Source: an uncultured archaeon
GTDB taxonomy: Archaea; Iainarchaeota; Iainarchaeia; Iainarchaeales; DATDZZ01
Direction of reading: 5' to 3'
Assembly (NCBI GenBank): GCA_964373795.1
Contig: CAYJVY010000011.1
Span: 1-32,000 of the forward strand
DNA: 32,000 nt
The stretch's first letter is position 1. Each line of letters begins with the position of its first letter. This document shows positions 15,963-23,300 of this stretch, one piece after another. A program made the translations under genes and the position numbers. The notes below the pieces were generated by a model. That model ran no database searches. It saw nothing but the letters and a program-made list of their open reading frames with translations, and was not told the origin of the DNA.

Positions 15963-17240
15963 CTAAACTAGTTTTGTTTGTTCCACTTTTTCTTTTAATT
16001 TTTTTTCTTGAGGCTTGAGTTGGGATAGAAGTTCAATTACTTTATCTATTTCGTCTTCTGAAAGCAAGTCAAACACTTGTTTTACTTCAAAGGCTTCATT
16101 GAAATCAGTTTCGTTCAAGTTTTTCTCCAACAAATTAAAACCTAAATTTATAATGCTTGCCTTATTTTTTTGCAATTCTCGTAACTCTAAAATCTTTTTT
16201 TTAAAAGATTCAAGCGAAAAATCTTTGCTTAAAGAAATAATTGCTTTTCCTTGAAATAATTTCAATAAAGGCGCTAAATCAATATCTGCTTGTTGAACTC
16301 CTTTAGCTAAAGAGCCAAGCAACTTTAATCTAATCATTGGAGTTAGCTTAAAATTCTCTGAACTTAAATCTTTTTCAATTGCTTCTTTCACTGTTAAAGC
16401 AATTTCTTCTAAAGAAGCTTTTTCAAACTTCAGTTTATGATAGAATAGTTTTCGTTGATTTGGAAAAGAAACAAATCTCAAATCATTTGATTCAGTATCA
16501 AATAATACAAATCCTTTAGGTTTTTCTGCTTCCAGTTTCTTCATTTGAGTATGAATAGTCGACCCAGGAATAAAAAACAAGCCTTTATTTAATTTGTGAA
16601 CTGCATGCCAATGAAGATGCCCATTAATGTATAAATCAAATCCGACAGGCAAATCACTTAAAGAAATAGATGCAGTCATTTCATCATCAAATGGAAGAAA
16701 CTCTTTCAAGGACTGATGAAAAACAAATACATTAAATGCGTTTTCAATTGGCTTTGAATTCCATAACTGAATTGCTTCTTTAGCTTTTTTTTCAGGAACT
16801 CCTCCCAATCCGTGAACAGCAATTTTCTCCAAACCTTTTTCAATCAACAAAGTTTCAGCATGAAAATGAATTAAAGCTTGAGCAGAATTCAATATCTGCA
16901 AAGCATTTGATTTTTCTTTAGAACGAAATTCATGAGTTCCATGAATTGCAATTACTGGAATTCCTTGAAAAACAATTTCTTTTTTTTCAGGCTTTAATTT
17001 AAATAACTTGATTTCAGATTTTCTTGCTTTCCTAGGCAAGGAAAACAATTCAAAAGCTTGATGCCAAGTTTCCTGAGTAGGAATACTTGAATCAAACAAG
17101 TCTCCAGGCATTAAAATTAATTCAGCTTGTTCTTGAATAGCTAAATGAAATGCTTGCTCTAAAGCATTAAAAGAGTCGTTCGCGCGCTCGGAATTTAATG
17201 CAAACCCTAAATGAGTATCAGAAATTACTGCTATTTTCAT
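15963..17240 (-). CDS. mre11: Mre11/SbcD-family DNA repair nuclease (calcineurin-like metallophosphoesterase).
   Basis: Phosphoesterase motifs occur in order: MKIAVISDTHLG, PGDLFD, AIHGTHE, FVFHQ, NGHLHWH and IPGS. The ~150-aa C-terminal extension matches archaeal Mre11. Confidence 0.65.
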   Translation of the reverse strand: MKIAVISDTHLGFALNSERANDSFNALEQAFHLAIQEQAELILMPGDLFDSSIPTQETWHQAFELFSLPRKARKSEIKLFKLKPEKKEIVFQGIPVIAIHGTHEFRSKEKSNALQILNSAQALIHFHAETLLIEKGLEKIAVHGLGGVPEKKAKEAIQLWNSKPIENAFNVFVFHQSLKEFLPFDDEMTASISLSDLPVGFDLYINGHLHWHAVHKLNKGLFFIPGSTIHTQMKKLEAEKPKGFVLFDTESNDLRFVSFPNQRKLFYHKLKFEKASLEEIALTVKEAIEKDLSSENFKLTPMIRLKLLGSLAKGVQQADIDLAPLLKLFQGKAIISLSKDFSLESFKKKILELRELQKNKASIINLGFNLLEKNLNETDFNEAFEVKQVFDLLSEDEIDKVIELLSQLKPQEKKLKEKVEQTKLV

Positions 17241-17914
17241 TCAAGGTCACGCTCCTTGAACGCGACAGCTCCGCCGGTTGCTTCGGCGTCACTAAAAATT
17301 GGCAAAGACTTTAAATCACTTAATTTTTCTAAAACAAAGTCCGGGTTTGATTTCAACAAAGTTTTTCTAGAATTATAACCATTAACAAAAGCAGCAGATT
17401 TTACTCCGCCATGCTTTGCTGTTTCAATGTCATGAACCATGTCTCCAACATATAAAACATGTTCAGGAATATGATCCAAATTTTCAACTACTTCATGAAT
17501 TTTATTCATTTTATTCACTACTTCACAATAAATTTTGTCAAAAAATTTTTCTAACCCGAATAACTTTATTTCTCTTTCAATGAATTCTTTTGGATGACTA
17601 CTTAAAACATCTAATCTAATGTTTTTGTTTTTCAACCATTGCAAGGTATTAATTACATCCGGATATAAATGTTTTAATTGAAGACTTTTAAAAAAAGGCA
17701 GAAAAACATTTTTTTGTTTTTCATCAATTTTTATATTAATTTTTTTATAAAACTCTGGCCAAGGAAGAATATATTCATCTCTAAATTTCTCTAAAGAAAT
17801 TCTTTTCCCGCCATAATATTTTACTACATGCATTGTTGCTTCATACACGTTTTCCAAATCGTTTACTATTACGCCGTTCCAATCAAAAATAACTGCTTTA
17901 ATCATTTCACTCAC
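17237..17914 (-). CDS. HAD-superfamily hydrolase.
   Basis: Motif I is VIFDWNGVIVND, motif II is VLSS, and motif IV is YVGDMVHDIETAKHGG. The stop overlaps the mre11 start in an ATGA arrangement. Confidence 0.7.
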   Translation of the reverse strand: MSEMIKAVIFDWNGVIVNDLENVYEATMHVVKYYGGKRISLEKFRDEYILPWPEFYKKINIKIDEKQKNVFLPFFKSLQLKHLYPDVINTLQWLKNKNIRLDVLSSHPKEFIEREIKLFGLEKFFDKIYCEVVNKMNKIHEVVENLDHIPEHVLYVGDMVHDIETAKHGGVKSAAFVNGYNSRKTLLKSNPDFVLEKLSDLKSLPIFSDAEATGGAVAFKERDLE

Positions 17915-18803
17915 TAAAAATTAATTTCATTAAATCATTCTTTTTTTGTTGAGATAAAAACATTAATGGATACAAAATCATTAAATCATATTCTTTGAAT
18001 TTTTCTTCTACAGGAATTACATTAAAATCTTGTTTTGAAAAAACAACTGCATTAATGGAATATTTTTCCATTAATGCTGGAACTTCATTCAAGGAATGAA
18101 CTTTGAAGTCTCTAAAAGAATTCCATGAAACAAGTTTTTGAAAAAGCTTTTCAACAGCTTCATGATTTTCTTCACTTGAAATTGGAAAAATATTGCAACC
18201 TCTTTTCATTAAAAGCCATGCAGCAATTAAATCTTCTTTTCGCGCTTCACTGAAAATAAAACAATTTCCTTCAACGCCTAAAGGCAAGCCTTTTAACCCT
18301 GAAACTTCTTCAAAAAAAATAAAAAACTCTTTTGGATGAATTTCAATAAAAATTGTTTTAACAGGCTTGGATAAATTCACTTTCAAACCTGGAATGGAAT
18401 TCAAAACTTGTTTTCCCACAAGGTTTTCAGTGTCTTTACTTGAAAAAGAATGCTGGCCTCTTCTTTGAACAGATAACTTAAAAGAGTCTCCTGAATGCAA
18501 AAAATTTTTTGCATGAAGTAAAACCTTTTCCTGAATTTCTTCAAGCACGGGATTAGAGTAATTAAATGCTTTTGCAATTGAATGAATTCCAAAAACTAAT
18601 CCAAGTTTTTCACTTAAATCAGGAGAAGAAAAAATGAATAATCTTCCAGGAGCTTTATCAATTTTTTCAATGTTTATTGAATGCTTTTTTGCAATCAATT
18701 TAATGTGTTCAACTAATTTTTTTACAAAAAACTGTTTAACAAAATGAGTTTTAAGAGACATCTCTGAAGAGGTTTTCACAATCAAGCAATTAAATTCCTG
18801 CAT
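17907..18803 (-). CDS. ThiI-like THUMP-domain protein with a degenerate PP-loop and a shortened C-terminus.
   Basis: The N-terminus LIVKTSSEMSLKTHFVKQFF is ThiI-like. The THUMP-like segment is FKLSVQRRGQHSFSSKDTENLVGKQV. Next comes GLPLGVEGNCFIFSEARKEDLIAAWLLMKRG, where ThiI has LLSGGIDSPVAAWLMMKRG. Confidence 0.55.
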   Translation of the reverse strand: MQEFNCLIVKTSSEMSLKTHFVKQFFVKKLVEHIKLIAKKHSINIEKIDKAPGRLFIFSSPDLSEKLGLVFGIHSIAKAFNYSNPVLEEIQEKVLLHAKNFLHSGDSFKLSVQRRGQHSFSSKDTENLVGKQVLNSIPGLKVNLSKPVKTIFIEIHPKEFFIFFEEVSGLKGLPLGVEGNCFIFSEARKEDLIAAWLLMKRGCNIFPISSEENHEAVEKLFQKLVSWNSFRDFKVHSLNEVPALMEKYSINAVVFSKQDFNVIPVEEKFKEYDLMILYPLMFLSQQKKNDLMKLIFSE

Positions 18804-18850
18804 AAAAGTCTTTGCTTAGGAAAACAATAAATAGGTTTGCGAATTATAAA

Positions 18851-18859
18851 TTTATATAA
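18851..18859 (+). promoter_or_regulatory. Candidate archaeal TATA box (TTTATATAA) for the tRNA-Cys transcript.
   Basis: This is the only strong TATA-like element upstream of tRNA-Cys. It would place the transcription start near 18883, giving a leader of about 60 nt. Confidence 0.3.
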
Positions 18860-18942
18860 TCTCAGTAAAAGATCTTTCACGAACGAAGTGAGCATGCTCA
18901 GTCAAAGACTGTGCGCATACTCTTCGGACGTTACGGCGATGT

Positions 18943-19013
18943 GGTGGAATGGCAGATCGGCTATGCGCTCGCCTGCAGAGCGAGATAGGAGGGTTCAACC
19001 CCCTCTTCCACCT
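18943..19013 (+). tRNA. tRNA-Cys(GCA): tRNA-Cys (anticodon GCA).
   Basis: Hand-folded. The acceptor GGTGGAA/TTCCACC has 7 Watson-Crick pairs. The anticodon stem is CTCGC/GCGAG with loop CTGCAGA (U33, GCA). The T-arm is GAGGG-TTCAACC-CCCTC. The discriminator is U73, the known tRNA-Cys identity base. No CCA is encoded. Confidence 0.85.
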
Positions 19014-19124
19014 TTATAAATTAAATAATTTAAAGAATTCGTCTCTTGTTAATCCAGCTTGTTTTATTATGGAATTTAGAGTTCCTTTTGAAATTACATT
19101 ATGATTTGGAATTGTCAATCTTTT
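19014..19124 (-). pseudogene. hicA: Decayed hicA toxin gene; only the C-terminal half is retained.
   Basis: The minus-strand frame reads KRLTIPNHNVISKGTLNSIIKQAGLTRDEFFKLFNL*. This matches the C-terminal half of HicA (vtiP.H...l..Gtl.sIlkqaGls.eeF..l). No ATG/GTG is present and no N-terminal half exists, because that frame opens inside the hicB 3' end just after a TGA. The stop (19014-19016) abuts the tRNA-Cys 3' end. Confidence 0.55.
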
Positions 19125-19138
19125 ATAAGATTGGAAGT

Positions 19139-19351
19139 TTAGGCAATTACTTCCACCACTTCTTCATCTATTGAAGGAGGAATTGGCTCATTATGTTTTT
19201 TTAAACTATCTAAATACCCTTTAATTGCATCTTTAATATTTTCAAGTGCCTCGCTTCTTGTTTTTCCTTGTGAAATACATCCAGGAAGAGAAGGACATTC
19301 AACTACAAATACTCCTTCTTCATCTTTTTCAACAATAATTCTGAACTTCAT
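19139..19351 (-). CDS. hicB: HicB-family antitoxin (UPF0150, RNase-H-like fold).
   Basis: MKFRIIVEKDEEGVFVVECPSLPGCISQGKTRSEALENIKDAIKGYLDSL is the classic HicB N-terminal domain pattern. The start is set at the internal Met (nt 19351), because the upstream 28 codons of the track ORF are low-complexity. Confidence 0.75.
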   Translation of the reverse strand: MKFRIIVEKDEEGVFVVECPSLPGCISQGKTRSEALENIKDAIKGYLDSLKKHNEPIPPSIDEEVVEVIA

Positions 19352-19535
19352 GAATTCACCTAAAAAATATGTATAAAGAAGAATATAAATATTTGCAAGA
19401 CTTACAGATATTTTTATCAAAATTTGATTGAACACTAAATTGAATGGTAATTAAGATTTATAAAAAGAAAAGAGACTTTTAAAAAGGTTTGGTCGGAAAA
19501 ATAGTATATTAATTACACGAATTTTTAGTGATTTT

Positions 19536-20246
19536 ATGGGTTTACGTCCAGGTCATTGTTATAGTAGAATGAAAAGAGCTTACACTAGAACAGCTGTAAC
19601 TGTGCCTGACAGAAACTATATTGGAACAAATCCAAATGTTAGAACAAGACAATGGAATATGGGAAACGGATTAAAAGAATTCAATACAGTAGTAGAATTA
19701 ATTGTCGAAGACACTATTCAAATAAGGGATAATGCTTTAGAAGCAACAAGAGTTTTAGTTACAAAATCTTTATCTGATGCATTAAAAAAAGAAGGATTTT
19801 TCTTAAAAATAAGGGTTTACCCTCACCAAGTGTTAAGAGAAAACAAGCAAGCCCAAGGAGCTGGAGCAGACAGAGTTACAACTGGAATGAGTCATGCTTT
19901 TGGAAAACCAACTGGAAGAGCTGCAAGAGTTAAAGCAGGACAAGTATTAATGAGTTTACTTGTAAACGAACAATCAACTGAAATAGGAAAAGAATGCTTA
20001 TTAAAATCAAAATCAAAACTTCCATGCAGAGTAACAACTAGAGTTCACAAAGATGTTCAATCAATTGGCACTAAACCAAAGAAAATTAAAATGCCTAAAG
20101 AAGAAAAGAAAGAAGAAACAACTGAAGCAGAAACAGGTGAAAAGAAAGAAGAAGGAAAAACTGAAACAAAAACAGAGAAAGCAAGCGATAAAAAAGAGGA
20201 AGCAAAAACAGAGAAAAAAGGAAAAGAAGAAGCAAAGAAAAAATAA
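19536..20246 (+). CDS. rpl10e: Ribosomal protein uL16 (L10e) with a K/E-rich C-terminal extension.
   Basis: MGLRPGHCYSRMKRAYTRTA... and ...GAGADRVTTGMSHAFGKPTGRAARV match archaeal L10e. Residues from about 180 to 236 form a Lys/Glu/Thr low-complexity tail. Confidence 0.85.
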   Translation: MGLRPGHCYSRMKRAYTRTAVTVPDRNYIGTNPNVRTRQWNMGNGLKEFNTVVELIVEDTIQIRDNALEATRVLVTKSLSDALKKEGFFLKIRVYPHQVLRENKQAQGAGADRVTTGMSHAFGKPTGRAARVKAGQVLMSLLVNEQSTEIGKECLLKSKSKLPCRVTTRVHKDVQSIGTKPKKIKMPKEEKKEETTEAETGEKKEEGKTETKTEKASDKKEEAKTEKKGKEEAKKK

Positions 20247-20322
20247 AAACTAATTCTAGGAAAAAAAAGGTTTTCAAGGTAACCAAAAGAATTTAATAGT
20301 AAAAAGTCTTTCTTTTAACTAA

Positions 20323-23300
20323 ATGAAATCAATTGCTTGGTTTAAAGAAATCAAAAAAGAAGACGTAGGAATAGTTGGAGGAAAAGGAGCTAATTTAGGG
20401 GAAATGGTTAACGCAGATTTTCCAGTTCCTCTAGGATTTTGCATTACTGCTCAAGCATACTTTAAATGGCTTGAAGACACTGGATTAAAAAAAATAATAA
20501 TTAAAAAAATTAATTCAATTGACGTTGAAAACACTGAACAATTAGAGCAAACAACTAAAGAAGTAAGAGAACTAATTATTAAAAAAGATTTAAGTCTAGA
20601 CTTAAAATCAGAAATACTTAAAGCCTATCACACTTTAAGCGAGAAAAAGATTGGATGGATTGGATTAACTGAATATGTTTACGTAGCTGTTCGTTCAAGT
20701 GCAACAGCAGAGGATTTACCAAGCATTGTTGAAGACTCACATGTATTAGTAAAAATTAATGGCAAAACAATTTATGACTCAATAAAAAATATTTACAACC
20801 TTTATGGAGATTGCACAAATAATGAAGTAGAAGTTATTGCTCTTGAAAACAATGAAGCTAAATGGATAAAAGCTCAACAAATATATTGTCATCCAGCAAA
20901 AGAAAAAAAATTATATAAAATAGTAACAGAAACAGGAAGAGAAATAACAATCACAAAAAACCACACATTAATAGTCTTAGATGAAGATACTTTGAATCCT
21001 AAAACAATTTCTATTGATGAACTCAAAAACGGCCAAAAAGTTCCAGTAACAAAATCAATTCCATTTATTGATTCTAATTTGAAATTCATAGATGTATTGG
21101 AATACATTCAAGATAATGACATATTTTTAGAAGAAGATTTAGTTTACATTAAAAATAATTCCTCCAATTGGACAATTCAAAACCCGTTAAAAAGACATAT
21201 TTCAATAAACAAAAACCTTGCTTATTTTTTAGGACTGTATTGCGCAGAAGGAAGCACATATCTTGAAAACGGAGTAATAATAACAAACTCAGATAAAAAT
21301 GTAATAGAAAAAACAAAAACGTTTTTAAGAGAACTTGAATTATACAACAATCAAAAAATAAACAAGCATTCCATTAGAGTTTATTGTAAAACATTAGTAA
21401 GACTTTTGCACGTCATTATAGGCAAACCTTTGAATATTAAAGGAAAAGGAAAATCAGCACAAATAAAAAAGGTTCCAAACTTTATTTTTGATTGCTCAAA
21501 AGAAATTATTGGAACTTTTTTAAGCGGTTGTTTCGATGGAGATGGATATATTGGTAGAGAAGCTATAGAATACACATCAATATCTGAAATGTTAATTGGA
21601 GGAATTGTAAAGCTTTTAGAATTACTAAATATAAATTTTTATATTCGAAAGAAAAAAAATACTTTCACCATATATATTCCTGCTTCACAAGCAGAACAAT
21701 TCAAAAACATGATTAATTTAAATCATTCTGAAAAATCAAAAAAATTGGATAATTTGATTACAAGGTATAATAAAAGAGAAAAACATGCAGAATTCAAAAA
21801 CCCGTTCATTGTTTCCCCAACCTTGTCAAAAAACCTAAGAAACGCCTTTAATGAAACACTAGAAAAAAGACTTGGAGAAATTGCAAAATGCATTCAATGC
21901 AAAAACTCTGTAGAAAAAACAAGTTACTATAAAAATAGATTAAGATATTATTGCAAACACTGTAAAAAAACATTTTATGAAAAAGAAATCATAAAAGAAG
22001 AAATTGATAAATATGTTTACTATGATGAAAAAGGCAGATTCAAAAAATATTTTACTCCGTGGAATAAAGCACTAATTAGGGGAAGATTGTCTAGTACAAG
22101 GTTTGAAAAATTTATTAAAAAAAATAATTTGAAAGATTATGTGCAATTTTTTAATAATAGTGTTTTGTGGGACCAGGTAAAAGAAATTCAGGAAATTGAT
22201 TACAATGGAATGGTTTATGATTTTACTGTGCCAAAAATAGAAAACTTTGCGGCTGGATTAGGAGGGATCATTACTCATAACTCAGCCTCTTTTGCAGGGC
22301 AGCAAGACACTTACTTGAATATAATTGGCGATCAAAAATTATTAGATGCAGTAAAAAGATGCTGGGCTTCATTGTTTAATGCAAGAGCAACTTATTATAG
22401 AAAAAAACAAGGATTTAGAACAGAAAAAGTAGGAATATCAGTGGTAGTGCAAAAAATGGTTAACTCTGAAGTAGCAGGAGTAATGTTTACTTCCACTCCA
22501 ACAGGAGATGAAACAAAAATAGTGATTGAAGCAGCATATGGATTAGGAGAGGTAGTTGTATCAGGAAGCGTTACTCCAGATACATACATTCTAGATAAAG
22601 AATCGCTACAAATTTTAAGCAAAAAAACTTCAACTCAAACTTGGATGACAATAAGAAAATCTGGGGCAAGCCAAAAAGAAGATGTAAACGAAAAAATGCA
22701 AGAAAAACAAAAACTTGAAGACAAGCATATAATTGAGTTAGCTAGAATTGGAAAACGAATTGAAGCTCATTATGGGCATGCACAAGACATTGAATGGGCT
22801 TTAGAAAATGACAGGCTTTATATTGTGCAATCAAGAGCAATTACAACTTTAGGATTAGGAAAAAAAGCTTTAGAAAAAGAAACTCAAAAAATTGAAACAA
22901 CTGCAAAACCTTTAATTATTGGATTAGCTGCTTCTCCTGGAATTATTTCAGGAAAAGTAATAATTGTTCCAACAGTTGAAGATATTCAGAAAGTAAAAAC
23001 AGGAGACATTATTGTAACAATAATGACTGATCCAGACTGGGTTCCAATAATGAGAAAAGCTTCAGGAATAATTACAAACGAAGGAGGATCAACTTGTCAT
23101 GCAGCAATTGTTTCAAGAGAATTAGGAATTCCATGCGTTGTTGGAACAGGAAATGCAACAGATATTTTAAGAGACAACGAAGAAATAACTTTAGATGGAT
23201 TTACTGGAAGAATTTTTGAAGGAAAAATCGCAATATCCAAGCCAAAAGAAGAATTAGAAAAAAAAGAATTAATTCAAGAAAAAGAAATAAAAAAAATTGA

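Noticed and set aside
18837-19019. Track ORF 18837..19019 (+), 60 aa.
   Set aside because: It reads straight through the hand-folded tRNA-Cys and its GC-rich leader, so it is not a plausible protein.
19352-19362. A possible att-like direct repeat of the tRNA-Cys 3' end (TTCACCT versus TTCCACCT) beyond hicB, which would delimit an integrated element.
   Set aside because: It is only 7 nt with an indel, which is expected by chance. That is not enough to claim element boundaries.
20053-20286. ORFs 20053..20253 (+) and 20095..20286 (-).
   Set aside because: These are alternative-frame and antisense readings of the purine-rich K/E tail of rpl10e. Their translations are homopolymer-like.
21889-21966. 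The CxxC...CxxC zinc-ribbon-like element, considered as a separate small gene or transposase fragment.
   Set aside because: It is in frame and continuous with the intein ORF, between the LAGLIDADG core and splicing block F. It is better explained as an intein-internal DNA-recognition module.
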